The notes under the pieces were generated by a model. The model saw only the letters and a program-made list of their open reading frames with translations. It searched no databases and was not told where the DNA came from. A DNA stretch of 64,000 bases from Nibricoccus sp. (GTDB lineage Bacteria > Verrucomicrobiota > Verrucomicrobiia > Opitutales > Opitutaceae), in assembly GCA_047602425.1 (NCBI GenBank), contig JASGHG010000001.1:2784001-2848000 (forward strand), in the 5' to 3' direction. The position numbers and the translations under genes were made by a program. Below are positions 50,300 through 60,516 of the stretch, one piece after another (position 1 is the first letter of the stretch; every line of letters begins with the position of its first letter).

Positions 50300-51283
50300 T
50301 TACTTCGCGACGGCAGGCAGCACGACATCGGCGGGCATGCCGGGTTTGAGTTCGTCGTTGGGATTTAAGACGTCGACCTTGATGCGGAAAACGAGCTTCA
50401 CGCGTTCTTTGGTGGTTTGAACGGTTTTGGGAGTGAATTCGGCTTCCGATGAGATGAAACTGACGACGCCTTCGAAATCCTTGCCGGGCGCAGTGTCGGT
50501 GTGAACGACGAGTTTTTGGCCGAGACGCACGCGGCCGAGATCGGTTTGGTTGACGTAGGCTCGAACCCAGGTGTGCAGCGTATCGGCGACGGTCACGATG
50601 GGAGTGCCGGCGGCCACGAATTCACCGGGTTCGATATTGTGGGAGAGCACCACGCCATTGAGCGGTGAGAGGAGCCGCGTGTTTTCAACCTGCGTTTCAG
50701 CCAGGGCAACGGAAGCGGCGGAGGATTGGACGCGAGCTTTAGCTTGAGCGATTTGTTCGGCACGGGGACCTTCCTTGACCAGCTTGAGCTGTTCGGCGGC
50801 TTGAGTGACGCGAGCTTCGGCGACACGAATCAGCGCCTGGGCGGAATCGAAATCACGGGCCGTCACGACTTCCTTGGTGCGGAGATCCTCGAAGCGGGTG
50901 AAATCGAGTTTGGCGCGGTCGCGTTCGGCCTCGGCGCTATGGAGCGCGGCTTCAGCGGCGACAATTTCTTGTGGGCGAGAACCGGCTTCGAGATCGGCGA
51001 GAGCGGCGGCGGCGACCGCCAATTCCGCGCGACGCAAATCGAGTTGCTGGCGTTGCTCAATGTCATCGAGACGGGCGATGGGCTGGCCGGCGGTCACACG
51101 TTGGCCCTCGGAGACGGTTCGTTCGAGGACGCGGCCGGGGATTTTAAAACCGAGCTGGGCGTCGACGACTTCGATGTTGCCCGAGAGGACGAGCGAGCCA
51201 TTGGGCGAGGAATTGGAGCGCGAGCAGGCAGTGAGGGCGAGCAGAGCGCTGGCAACGAGGAGACTAAAAAGCCGGGTGCGCAT
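50300..51283 (-). CDS. HlyD/YbhG-family periplasmic adaptor (lipoprotein)
   Basis: Lipobox LTAC, SGNIE, coiled coil and AEFTPKTVQT..ER..LVFRIKV motif. Confidence 0.9.
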   Translation of the reverse strand: MRTRLFSLLVASALLALTACSRSNSSPNGSLVLSGNIEVVDAQLGFKIPGRVLERTVSEGQRVTAGQPIARLDDIEQRQQLDLRRAELAVAAAALADLEAGSRPQEIVAAEAALHSAEAERDRAKLDFTRFEDLRTKEVVTARDFDSAQALIRVAEARVTQAAEQLKLVKEGPRAEQIAQAKARVQSSAASVALAETQVENTRLLSPLNGVVLSHNIEPGEFVAAGTPIVTVADTLHTWVRAYVNQTDLGRVRLGQKLVVHTDTAPGKDFEGVVSFISSEAEFTPKTVQTTKERVKLVFRIKVDVLNPNDELKPGMPADVVLPAVAK

Positions 51284-51923
51284 GGGGATGTTGTTTAAGG
51301 TGTTTTTCATAGTCTTTGCGGCCGGCGGGCGAGAGGACGCCGCCGAGGAAAATGGAGATCGCTTTGTTGAGCGTCTGCTTGGGAGAAAGCTGGGTGCGCT
51401 CGAGTGTTTCGGGATGCATGAGGCCACGAATGGCCTGTAACCAGAACTCAGCGGCAAAAGCCAGATCGATATCGGAACGCACGAGTTCCTCTTCCTGACC
51501 CTCGCGGAGGAGACGGCCGAAAACGTAGGGGATGTTTTTTTGGCGGAGTTCGTCGATCTTTTGGAAAAGTGCCGGCATGTCGCGCTGGAGGTCGCGGAGC
51601 ATGACCGGATTGATTTTTGACAGCGTGTTGCCGATGAGCTCGCTGATGGCACACATCTTCTCAGAGAAAGTGAGGTTGTTGTTGTCGAGGATTTCGTCGA
51701 ACCGCTTGCGCATAGTGCGGCCAATGAACTCGACGATTTTTTCCGCAATCGCGTCTTTGCCGGGAAAATGAACGTAAAGCGTCTTTTTGCTGATGCCGAG
51801 ATCGCCGGCCAGTTCATCCATTGTGAGGGCGCGCAGGCCGGCGCGGAAAATGCGATCACGAGCGGCTTCGAGAATGCGTCGTGCAAGCGGTGTATCGGCG
51901 GTGATGGGATCTTTATGGAGCAT
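51264..51923 (-). CDS. TetR/AcrR-family transcriptional regulator
   Basis: ILEAA..........TMDELA..LGISKKTLYVHFPGK HTH. Confidence 0.92.
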   Translation of the reverse strand: MLHKDPITADTPLARRILEAARDRIFRAGLRALTMDELAGDLGISKKTLYVHFPGKDAIAEKIVEFIGRTMRKRFDEILDNNNLTFSEKMCAISELIGNTLSKINPVMLRDLQRDMPALFQKIDELRQKNIPYVFGRLLREGQEEELVRSDIDLAFAAEFWLQAIRGLMHPETLERTQLSPKQTLNKAISIFLGGVLSPAGRKDYEKHLKQHPHAHPAF

Positions 51924-52105
51924 GAAAACGGAAAAAACTTAAAACGTATTTATAGTTTCCATGCAATCCTGGATTTATCAATGGGAGATAGCGTGGATTA
52001 AGTGATGCGTTGGGAGCAGGTTGCGTTTTTGCTCTGCCGCAGCCTGCTTACGTAAATGTTTGACGAGATTGGCGCGTTTAGATGGTTTAGTTCCCACAAA
52101 CATTT

Positions 52106-52666
52106 ATGAGGACTAAAATTCTATTTGCTTTAGCGGTGCTGACCGGTGGCTTGATGGGTGCCTCAATGACTCGCGCGGAGGGGGACGACCGTGCGCGTTT
52201 TTTTGTGCAGCCGGGTGTCTTGATCGTGATGGGTGGCAAAGACTTTAAGGATACACCGGGAGTCTCTATCGCGTCTGGGGTCGCATTTGCGAAGCACCAC
52301 TCGCTGGAGTTGGAGGTTATTCTCTTTGATAGGGACTCTGTCGTGCGTTCGAATCGGATGGATCTGCGTTACTACATCGGATTGCTAACCTACAAGTACG
52401 CGTTCCGCTTTCGTCACGGGATCTCTGTATTCGCGGGGGGATCGCTAGGCAATGTAAGGGAAGAAGTCCCTGTCTGGGGAGTGAGCAGGCCTGATGGCAA
52501 TATCGACAGTGCGTTTGCTTATGGTCCCTCAGGCGGGGTGAGTTACAGCCTGAATCGTTGTATACATTTTGAAGTCGGAGGAAAATTGATCGGTAAGGGG
52601 AAAACCCGTTTCACGACGAGTGGAGGCATTTCGATGGTCCAAGGGGCGGTCCGGTTTCAGTTCTAG
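52106..52666 (+). CDS. Small outer-membrane beta-barrel protein (OmpA/OmpW-like, putative)
   Basis: Signal peptide, alternating amphipathic strands and C-terminal ...VRFQF BAM signal. Confidence 0.7.
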   Translation: MRTKILFALAVLTGGLMGASMTRAEGDDRARFFVQPGVLIVMGGKDFKDTPGVSIASGVAFAKHHSLELEVILFDRDSVVRSNRMDLRYYIGLLTYKYAFRFRHGISVFAGGSLGNVREEVPVWGVSRPDGNIDSAFAYGPSGGVSYSLNRCIHFEVGGKLIGKGKTRFTTSGGISMVQGAVRFQF

Positions 52667-52691
52667 AAGCCGTACGGCTGCCAATTGTGCC

Positions 52692-53894
52692 CTAGTTGGA
52701 AATCGCATGAGCGATGCCGAGTTGGAGGCCCCGGAGCTCGGCGAGGCCGCGGAGACGGCCGATCAACGGATAGCCGGGGCAGGTTGGTTCGGCACGGCGG
52801 AAGTCGTCGAGGATTTTATGCCCGTGGTCCGGGCGGAAGGCAATTTGTCCGGCTGGGCCGCGACGTGCTTGTTCTTCGATCAGTGCGTGGACGACGGCGT
52901 ACATCGTGGCGCTGTTGGCGAGGTGAGCACCTTCGTAGAACGTGCCATCTTGGTTATGCACGACGGTTCGAAGGTGGGCGGAGTGAATGCGCGGGGCGAA
53001 GCGGCGGGCGATTTGCGGAAGGTTGTTGTCGGTGCGCGAACCAAGTGAGCCGGTGCAATAGCAAAGGCCATTGGAGGGATGGTCGACCATCGCGAGGATT
53101 TCGGCGAGATCCTGTTCGGTGGAGACAATGCGGGGCAGACCGAGCACGGAAAACGGCGGATCGTCGGGGTGAATGGCGAGTTTGACACCCGCTTCCGCAG
53201 CGACGGGGACGATGGCTTCGAGGAAAAGCCGGAGATTGTCTTTCAACCTCTTCGAATCGAAATCGGCATAGCGGGCGAGCATGGCGCGCATGTCGTCGAG
53301 ACTGACGTTAAGTTTGACACCGGGGAAAAGATCGAGGGTTTGGCGGGTGAATTTCTCCTGGCCAGTCAGGCCGAGGCTGGACCAGAACTTTTTGGCGTTG
53401 GCGCATTGGTTCGGGGTGAAATCTTTCTCGGCGCCGGGGCGGCCGAGGGCGAAGAGATCGAACGCGGCGAACTTCACCGGATCGTAGAGCAATGCCTCGG
53501 CGCCGTCGGGCAGGCGGTGGTGCAGGTCGGTGCGCACCCAGTCGAGCACAGGCATGAAATTGTAGATGACCGTGCGAATGCCAGCGGCGCCGAGATTGCG
53601 CAGCGAGGTTTGGTAATTGGCGATGGCGCGGGCGAAGTCGCCGGTGCGGGTCTTGATCGATTCGTGGACGGGGACGGACTCGACGACGTTCCAGCGAATG
53701 CCAGCAGCGGCGATGATGTCGCGGCGTTCGATGATTTTTTCGAGCGGCCAAGCCTCGCCGTAGGGAATTTCGTGCAGAGAAGAAAACACGCCGGTGGCGC
53801 CAGTCTGCCGGATTTCGGCGAGTGAGACCGTATCGGCCGGGCCGAACCAACGCATAGATTCTTCCATGATCGGAAGCGGGGAAGCGGCAGTCAT
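52692..53894 (-). CDS. uxuA: Mannonate dehydratase
   Basis: MRWFGP.D.V.L..IRQ.G, VVESVPVHE.IK, YNFMPVLDW.RT, AIHPDDPP, RPDHGH and GYPLIGRL.GLAELRG motifs. Confidence 0.95.
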   Translation of the reverse strand: MTAASPLPIMEESMRWFGPADTVSLAEIRQTGATGVFSSLHEIPYGEAWPLEKIIERRDIIAAAGIRWNVVESVPVHESIKTRTGDFARAIANYQTSLRNLGAAGIRTVIYNFMPVLDWVRTDLHHRLPDGAEALLYDPVKFAAFDLFALGRPGAEKDFTPNQCANAKKFWSSLGLTGQEKFTRQTLDLFPGVKLNVSLDDMRAMLARYADFDSKRLKDNLRLFLEAIVPVAAEAGVKLAIHPDDPPFSVLGLPRIVSTEQDLAEILAMVDHPSNGLCYCTGSLGSRTDNNLPQIARRFAPRIHSAHLRTVVHNQDGTFYEGAHLANSATMYAVVHALIEEQARRGPAGQIAFRPDHGHKILDDFRRAEPTCPGYPLIGRLRGLAELRGLQLGIAHAISN

Positions 53895-53968
53895 TTGATT
53901 TGGAATTTGAGAGGCGGAATTTGAAATGGCCACAAAAGGCACAGAAGACGCAAAAGTCGGAGGGGTCA

Positions 53969-54823
53969 TCAAACGCCGGAAAAGGAGGAAAAACCACCAT
54001 CAACCGGAATAACGACGCCGGTGACAAATGCAGAGGCATCGCTGAGGAGGAAGTGCAGCGTGCCGTGGAGGTCGGCGGCCTCGCCGAAGCGCCGGAAGGG
54101 CGTTTTGGCCATGACGGTCTGGCCGCGCGGGGTCGGAGTGTCGTCCTCGTTTAGGAGCAGGCGGCGGTTTTGGTCGGCAACGAAAAAGCCGGGGGCGACG
54201 GCGTTGACGCGCAGGCCCTGGCCGAACTTGTGGGCGAATTCCACCGCGAGCCAGCGGGTGAAGTTGTCGACGGCGGCCTTGGCGGCGGAGTAACCGACAA
54301 CGCGGGTGATGGCTTGCGTGGAGGCCATCGAGGAGAAGTTGACGATCACGCCTTTTTTCTGGGCAGCGAAGGTCTTGGCAAAAACCCACGAGGGAACGAC
54401 GGTGCCATCGAGATTGAGGCCGAGGACTTGACGGAAGGCGCCAAGATCGAGATCGATGAACGTCTTGTCGGGCGTGATGGTGGCGCCGGGTTGATTGCCG
54501 CCCGCGGCGTTGACGAGCGCGTCGATGCGACCGAAGCGGGCAAGGATTTGGTCGCGAATGCGCTCGAGCCCCACGGTTTCGAGCACGTCGCAGGATAGCG
54601 CGAGCGTTTCACCGGGAAGGTCTTTGGTGTCGGCGAGGGCGCGGTCGAGCTTGGCTTGATCGCGGCCGAGGAAGACGACGCGCGCGCCTTGGGCGGCAAG
54701 ATAGCGGGCGGCGGAGCCGGCGAGAACACCAGTGGCTCCGGTGACAACGATCACTCGTTGTGAAAGATCGAAGAGCGGGGAAGGGGCAACGCTGCCGTTG
54801 GAAATTGGTTTGGAAGGGCTCAT
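53969..54823 (-). CDS. SDR-family D-mannonate oxidoreductase (UxuB-type)
   Basis: TGATGVL, NAAGGN.PGAT, YSAAK and RVNA.APGFF...QNR.LL motifs; adjacent to uxuA. Confidence 0.85.
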   Translation of the reverse strand: MSPSKPISNGSVAPSPLFDLSQRVIVVTGATGVLAGSAARYLAAQGARVVFLGRDQAKLDRALADTKDLPGETLALSCDVLETVGLERIRDQILARFGRIDALVNAAGGNQPGATITPDKTFIDLDLGAFRQVLGLNLDGTVVPSWVFAKTFAAQKKGVIVNFSSMASTQAITRVVGYSAAKAAVDNFTRWLAVEFAHKFGQGLRVNAVAPGFFVADQNRRLLLNEDDTPTPRGQTVMAKTPFRRFGEAADLHGTLHFLLSDASAFVTGVVIPVDGGFSSFSGV

Positions 54824-54925
54824 GTCACGCTGAAGGTGTGAGCGGCGAAAGATGACGCGAACGGCTGTTTGTTCAAACTATTGAACGCGTTCGAAATTCA
54901 CCCCGTCAGACAATGCGCTATTCCG

Positions 54926-57820
54926 TTACGTTTTTCCTCCCAGACAGGCTTCGATGGCGGCGCCGAGATTTTTCGGAGTGAAGGGCTTTTGCAACTTCAC
55001 ATTGACGTTGAGGGCATCGAGCTCCCGGACTTCCTCTTCGGTGAGACGCCCGCTGGCGATCATGATGCGGCCAGGATAATTTGTAGAACGGACGCGCCGC
55101 GCGATTTCGAGGCCGCTGATCCCCGGCAGATCGAGGTCGAGCAGAAGGATATCGTGGCCTTGGTTGGCGGTGAGATGCTGCCAGGCATCGTTGCCATTGG
55201 CGAAATGAACAACCTGATGGCCCATGCGACGGAGCACCGCGATCACGGTACGGGCAACGAGGTCATCGTCCTCGGCGAGGAGGATGTTGGCGGTAGTTTT
55301 TTGAACAAGCGTGTCGATTGGCGGGCGGGTCGGCTGTGCGGAAGGACCACCCGGGTTGACGGGCAACCAGACGAAGAAGGCGCTGCCCTCGCCGGGCTTG
55401 GATTCGACGTTGATTTTGCCACCAAGACGGTTGACCAAGTGCCAGACCGTGGCCAGTCCAAGGCCAGTGCCCTTGCCGACCTCTTTGGTGGTGTAGAAAG
55501 GTTCGAAGATGCGTTCCTGTACTTCGGCGGGCATGCCCATGCCATTGTCACGAACCACCAGCCGTACCCAACGCAGCGGGGGGCGGACACCGAAAGGCGA
55601 ATGGGAGTCGGAGGGGCTGGTGTCGGGATTTTCAGCCGAGACGGTGATACAGGCCTCGTAGTCTGGAGAGCCGGGATGGGAAAGTTTTTCGACGAGGGTG
55701 TCGCGGGCGTTGAGCAGGAGATTGAGGATGATCTGGTGAAGTTCGGAGGGATTTAGGAAGAGCGGAGGCAGTCCTTCCGGGATATTCATTCGCAAGGTGA
55801 TGCGACGATCGATGGTGGGTTGAAGCAGATCGAAATTTGCGCGGACGATCTGGTTGAGCTGGATTTCCTCCCGGCGGCTTTCGGTGCGACGGCCGAGCGT
55901 GAGCAGGCGGCGGGTGAGGTCGGCGCCGCGTTTGGAGGCTTTGGCAATGGTCTGGATTTCCTCCAGCAGGCGCGGGTTCTTGGCCCATTCGCTGGCGAGC
56001 AGCTCAGTCTTGAGCATGATCGGGGTGAGGAGGTTGTTGAATTCGTGGGCGATGCCTCCGACCAACTCGCCGATGGCGCGCAGGCGGCGGCCCTGAGCGA
56101 TCTCTGTGTCGATTTCTTTTCGTTCGGTAATGTCATCGACGAGAAAACAGAGTTGTCGGAGGCTGCTTTCGTCGCCTCCGAGCGGGACGAGGGTGACGGC
56201 ATAGTGGCGTCGGGCGGCTTCGTAGTAATACTCGGTTTTGTAGATATCGGATTGTTCTATCCCTTGGCGCAGCCATCGCGTCCAGAACTCGATGACCTGG
56301 GGTGGCAGGGAAAGTTCGGCAAGAATGCGACCAGCGACCGAGCCGCTTTGAACGCCGAGGATGCGCGCGGTGCCGGGATTGGCGGAAATAAACCGGAAGG
56401 ATGCTCCTGCTTCCTCGACGACGCCCATGGCGGTGGGGACGTTGTCGTAGAGGGCGCGCAGGAGTTGTTCGCGGGCACGGAGTCCTTCCTCGGCAGTTTT
56501 TTGCCGGGTGATATCCTGAACGGTTCCAAAAAGACTGACGATCTGGCCGCTGGCGTTGCGGGTTGGCCGGGCGGTGGCGTGAAGAATGCGGACATTGGCC
56601 GGACCGATGCGTAGGGGAATGGTGACGTCGCAGGCGATGCCGTCCTGGAGCGAATTGCGGATGGCGCGATGCACGAGCGAGCGTTCGGCGCGGGGCATCA
56701 TCATGAGCAGCCGGAAATAGGACGGTGGCGGCCGGTTCGGGTTGCGGCCCAGGATGCGAAGCGTCTCGGTGGAACATTCGAGCACGCGGGTTTTGAGCTC
56801 GTAACGCCAGTTGCCCAAGTTGGCGATGTGCTGGGCTTCGGCGAGGATGGCTTCATTTTCCGCGATCTGGCGCGACTGGCGTGCAAGGCGTTTGCGGAGC
56901 GCGCGCTGGCGGAGCAGGGCGAAAACAGTGACGACAAGGGCGAGGGCCAGGGCGGAAGCGACATAGGAGACGACCCGCTCGCGAGTAATGAGCGGGGCCT
57001 CAAAGCGACCGAACCATTTGCGGTAGATAGTGTCGTATTCCCCCGTGCGGCTGAGAATGGCTAGGCCCTCATTGAGTCGGGCGAGGAGGATGGCGTCGCC
57101 TTTGCGCACGGCGTAGCAATACCTGATGTTGTACCCGACGAGAGGCTGGCCGAGGGGGCGGATGTTTTGAAGATTATCGCGCTCGATGAAAGACAAGGCA
57201 GTGAGACGCGCAGCGAACGCCGCGTCGTGAAGCCCGGCGTTGAGTTCGGTCAGCGACTCTTCGACAGAGTGGGTGTGCACGAGATGCGCACTGATGCCGT
57301 TGTCGCGCAAAAATTGTTCACCAATGCTGCCGTAGCCGGGAATGGCGACCTCGGCGTTGTGAAGGTCGAAGGGGGTTTGAAAGCGGGTGTCGTTGCTGCG
57401 AACTAGGTAGCTACCCTGGAGCTCCATGTAGTGGACGGAAAAATCGGCAAATTTTTCGCGACCGGGGCCGGGGCTGAGAGACTGGAGCATGTCAACTTCG
57501 CCATTTTGCAGCATTTCAGCGAGCCGACTAGAGGGAGCCTGCACGCGTTTGATGCGGATACTCATGACGCGGGCGGTGGCTTCAAGCAGGTCGACGGCGA
57601 AGCCTTCACAATGACGCCCATCGGTTTGGTAGGAAAACGGATAGCTGTCGGTGGGCGTGCCAACGGTGATGGCTTTTTCGAAGCGCTGGGGATTGTTAAA
57701 GTCCGAGTCGTCCGACCGGCTCGTGGTCGCACAAAACAAGACAACGCCGATCACCGCACATAAAAATCGCCAGCGGAATGAAGGGGAGAAAGCTGGAATG
57801 GAGTTAGAGTGAAAGCGCAT
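54926..57820 (-). CDS. Hybrid sensor histidine kinase (SBP family 3 sensor, PAS, HisKA, HATPase, REC)
   Basis: Periplasmic SBP_bac_3-like domain, TM helix, PAS, HEFNNLL, NLLLNARD, DNGMGM, FEPFYTTK..GKGTGLGL and REC LLDLDLPG. Confidence 0.92.
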   Translation of the reverse strand: MRFHSNSIPAFSPSFRWRFLCAVIGVVLFCATTSRSDDSDFNNPQRFEKAITVGTPTDSYPFSYQTDGRHCEGFAVDLLEATARVMSIRIKRVQAPSSRLAEMLQNGEVDMLQSLSPGPGREKFADFSVHYMELQGSYLVRSNDTRFQTPFDLHNAEVAIPGYGSIGEQFLRDNGISAHLVHTHSVEESLTELNAGLHDAAFAARLTALSFIERDNLQNIRPLGQPLVGYNIRYCYAVRKGDAILLARLNEGLAILSRTGEYDTIYRKWFGRFEAPLITRERVVSYVASALALALVVTVFALLRQRALRKRLARQSRQIAENEAILAEAQHIANLGNWRYELKTRVLECSTETLRILGRNPNRPPPSYFRLLMMMPRAERSLVHRAIRNSLQDGIACDVTIPLRIGPANVRILHATARPTRNASGQIVSLFGTVQDITRQKTAEEGLRAREQLLRALYDNVPTAMGVVEEAGASFRFISANPGTARILGVQSGSVAGRILAELSLPPQVIEFWTRWLRQGIEQSDIYKTEYYYEAARRHYAVTLVPLGGDESSLRQLCFLVDDITERKEIDTEIAQGRRLRAIGELVGGIAHEFNNLLTPIMLKTELLASEWAKNPRLLEEIQTIAKASKRGADLTRRLLTLGRRTESRREEIQLNQIVRANFDLLQPTIDRRITLRMNIPEGLPPLFLNPSELHQIILNLLLNARDTLVEKLSHPGSPDYEACITVSAENPDTSPSDSHSPFGVRPPLRWVRLVVRDNGMGMPAEVQERIFEPFYTTKEVGKGTGLGLATVWHLVNRLGGKINVESKPGEGSAFFVWLPVNPGGPSAQPTRPPIDTLVQKTTANILLAEDDDLVARTVIAVLRRMGHQVVHFANGNDAWQHLTANQGHDILLLDLDLPGISGLEIARRVRSTNYPGRIMIASGRLTEEEVRELDALNVNVKLQKPFTPKNLGAAIEACLGGKT

Positions 57821-57915
57821 GCTTTAATTGCCCGCTTGTCTGCGCACGAAGGATGTCAGGTGTAGATTGTGGTGCAATCTTCTTCCCCATCCCATCTCTG
57901 ATCAAAGCCCTCCCC

Positions 57916-58923
57916 ATGAAAACACCTCCAATTCCTACCCAACCCATCTCTCTCAATCGTCGCAACTTCCTATACCGTTCGGCCGGGCTGATGGCGGCGG
58001 GCTGGCTGGCTGGCAACCGTTTGCTGGCGCAAACGCCGGCCACTCCAGCTCCGACGGAGACGCCGAAAACCGATCCGCGTCCGCCTGCGCCGCCAGTGAC
58101 GCCGGAGTTTCATCCGCTGCGGCGTAACGTCGGTTATTTCACCGCGCGGGGCGGCACAATCGGCTGGCTGGCCTCGCCCGAGGCGCTGGCGGTGGTCGAC
58201 ACGCAATTTGCGGACACGGCGGCGCTTTGTCTGGCCGGTCTGCCGGGCCGCGCGGACCGAACCATCGATGTGGTTATAAACACGCATCATCACGGCGATC
58301 ACACGAGCGGCAACGGTGTCTTCAAGCCCGTGGCTAAAACCATCGTTGCGCAGGCCAATGTGCCCGGACTTCAGCGCGCGGCGGCAGAACGTGCCAAACC
58401 GCCGACCACCGACAAACAGGTTTATGCCGACACGACATTTGCCGAAGCCTGGCGGAAGGAACTCGGGGACGAAGTGGTGAGCGCGCGCTATTTCGGGCCG
58501 GCGCACACCAACGGCGATACGGTCATCCTTTTCGAGAAAGCCAACGTGGTGCACATGGGCGATTTGATGTTCAACCGCATTTATCCGGTGATCGATCGTG
58601 TGAGCGGCGCGAGCATTCGGAACTGGATCGTGATTCTGGAAAAAGTGGCCAAGGAATATCCGGCCGACGCCATCTACATTTTTGGACACGCGGGTGGAAA
58701 ATTCGGAGTGTCCGGCCAGCGCCCGGAACTCCTGGTTCTGCGGGATTATTTCACCGCCCTCCTGGAGCACGTGCAGACGCAAATTTCCGCGGGCAAGACA
58801 AAGGCTGAGGTTTCGACGTTGGAAAATTTCCCGGGCTTTCCGGATTTCCACCAAAAGCTACCCAACCGCCTCGGCGGAAATCTGGGCGTCGCTTACGACG
58901 AACTCACGCAGGCGAAAACCTGA
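57916..58923 (+). CDS. Tat-exported MBL-fold hydrolase (cyclase-like)
   Basis: NRRNFL twin-arginine signal; THHHGDH, AHT.GD, HMGD and FGH motifs. Confidence 0.87.
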   Translation: MKTPPIPTQPISLNRRNFLYRSAGLMAAGWLAGNRLLAQTPATPAPTETPKTDPRPPAPPVTPEFHPLRRNVGYFTARGGTIGWLASPEALAVVDTQFADTAALCLAGLPGRADRTIDVVINTHHHGDHTSGNGVFKPVAKTIVAQANVPGLQRAAAERAKPPTTDKQVYADTTFAEAWRKELGDEVVSARYFGPAHTNGDTVILFEKANVVHMGDLMFNRIYPVIDRVSGASIRNWIVILEKVAKEYPADAIYIFGHAGGKFGVSGQRPELLVLRDYFTALLEHVQTQISAGKTKAEVSTLENFPGFPDFHQKLPNRLGGNLGVAYDELTQAKT

Positions 58924-59014
58924 CGTGTGTCCTCGCTGTAGTTAATTTGCCGATACGGCGAGTCGTTTCGCGCTGCTTTCGTCGTGGCGAAAGCAGTACG
59001 GGAAACGTTGTGGC

Positions 59015-59184
59015 TAGAGCATTTTTAAAAATGCCATAGCCGCACAACTCCGGCTGTAGGGGCGCAGTCTTGCTGCGTCTGGTTTGGCTTCGCTACAGAA
59101 AGGGCGCAGCAAGACTGCGCCCCTACGAAGACAGCTCGATTCATAGCACCGATTTGCGACTACAGTTTTATTATCTGTGCTCTA
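59015..59184. mobile_element. MITE-like element with TAGAGCA/TGCTCTA ends containing a GTAG REP doublet (59056-59126)
   Basis: 7-bp perfect terminal inverted repeats with weaker subterminal pairing; internal GTAGGGGCGCAGTCTTGCTGCG ... CGCAGCAAGACTGCGCCCCTAC. Confidence 0.55.
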
Positions 59185-59256
59185 ACTCGTCGGTTGGGCA
59201 ACCGACGGGGCGCACAGCCCCATTGCACGTTTCGCCCCTCGCTCTTCTGCTTGGCC

Positions 59257-60513
59257 TTAGTGCAGCTTGATCGAATTGCTGAGGCTGAAGACGGCGCTGA
59301 CGACGGCGAAGGCGATGAAGCCGACGAAGGCAAACACGCTCAGCAAAATCGTGTTGGTAACGACGCTGGTGTACGTGTTCACGAGCGCAGCGATCGACTT
59401 CTGGTAGCTCGTGGAAATTTTTTTCAAACTGGGGACGAGATTGCCGGTATTTTCGCCGACGGCGAGTTGGTCCAGCACAATGGGCGGCAACCAGCCGGTA
59501 CGTTGAAGTGCGCGTGAGAGTCCTTCACCTTCCATCACACGTTCGGTCGCTTCCTTGAAGGATTTGCGGTGAACGGTGTTGGATATTTGACGCTCGGTCA
59601 TACGGAGCGCCTCGACGGTCGTGATGCCGTTTTCGAGGAGAACCGAGAGGGTCTGGCTGAACGAGAGCACCGTTTGGCTGAGGAGGAACGGCCCGATGAA
59701 GGGCAGGCGCAGCAGCATGGCGTCGGTTTTTTCGCGTCCGGCCTTGGTCGCGCGCCAGCGCCAGAAGGAGACGCTGCCGAAGACGGCCGCGCCAATCAGG
59801 ATCAGGCCGTAGTGCATGGCGAACCCGGAGAAACCGACAAGAATCTGGGTGGAGAGAGGAAGCTTGCCGCCCAATGATTGCAGCAACGCTTCCAATCGCG
59901 GCATCAGGAACGTGATGATGAAGATGATCACGCCGGCGGAAACGAAAAGCATGAAGACCGGGTAGGACATCGCATTGATCATCTGCCGGCGCAGTTCCTT
60001 CTGCTCGGTCAAATGCGAAATCAGGCGATTGAGGACGTCGTTGATGTTGCCGGTGGCTTCGCCCGACTGGATCAAGTTGATGCCCGACGCGTCGAAGACG
60101 GCTGGGAAATCCGTCATGGCCTGCGAGAGCGAGGCGCCCTCGCTGAGCCGGTCCCAAAGACCGGCGCAGAGCGCGCGCAACATCGGATCTTGAAGACGCA
60201 AGGCGAGGAGCCGCACGGATTCGCCAGCGGAGAGTCCGCTGGAAGTGAGATCATACAGCGATTGGAAAAACGGCAGGCGCTCACGGCGCGACAGCTGGGA
60301 GACGAGGTTTTTCTTGCGCGCTTTGCGTTCCGCCGCCGAGGCCTTGGCGCCGCTGCCGGCAGCGGGACGACCGCCGGAACGTTCATCAATTTGCGTTGGC
60401 TGAAGACCGCGCGCAGAAAGAATGCGAAGCACGTCTTTGCGGCTGGGCGCCTCGAGGGTGCCATGGGTGCTTTTGCCTGCGCGATCGCGGGCGTTATAGG
60501 CAAAGGTCGGCAT
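59257..60513 (-). CDS. gspF: Type II secretion system protein F
   Basis: MPTFAY.ARD..G...G.LEA, SGEATG, AMSYP and VGENTG motifs; downstream of gspE. Confidence 0.88.
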   Translation of the reverse strand: MPTFAYNARDRAGKSTHGTLEAPSRKDVLRILSARGLQPTQIDERSGGRPAAGSGAKASAAERKARKKNLVSQLSRRERLPFFQSLYDLTSSGLSAGESVRLLALRLQDPMLRALCAGLWDRLSEGASLSQAMTDFPAVFDASGINLIQSGEATGNINDVLNRLISHLTEQKELRRQMINAMSYPVFMLFVSAGVIIFIITFLMPRLEALLQSLGGKLPLSTQILVGFSGFAMHYGLILIGAAVFGSVSFWRWRATKAGREKTDAMLLRLPFIGPFLLSQTVLSFSQTLSVLLENGITTVEALRMTERQISNTVHRKSFKEATERVMEGEGLSRALQRTGWLPPIVLDQLAVGENTGNLVPSLKKISTSYQKSIAALVNTYTSVVTNTILLSVFAFVGFIAFAVVSAVFSLSNSIKLH

Positions 60514-60516
60514 GAT

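Noticed and set aside
51930..51960. TetR operator (GGAAA...TTTCC imperfect inverted repeat)
   Set aside because: The position is plausible but the symmetry is too weak in AT-rich DNA to call.
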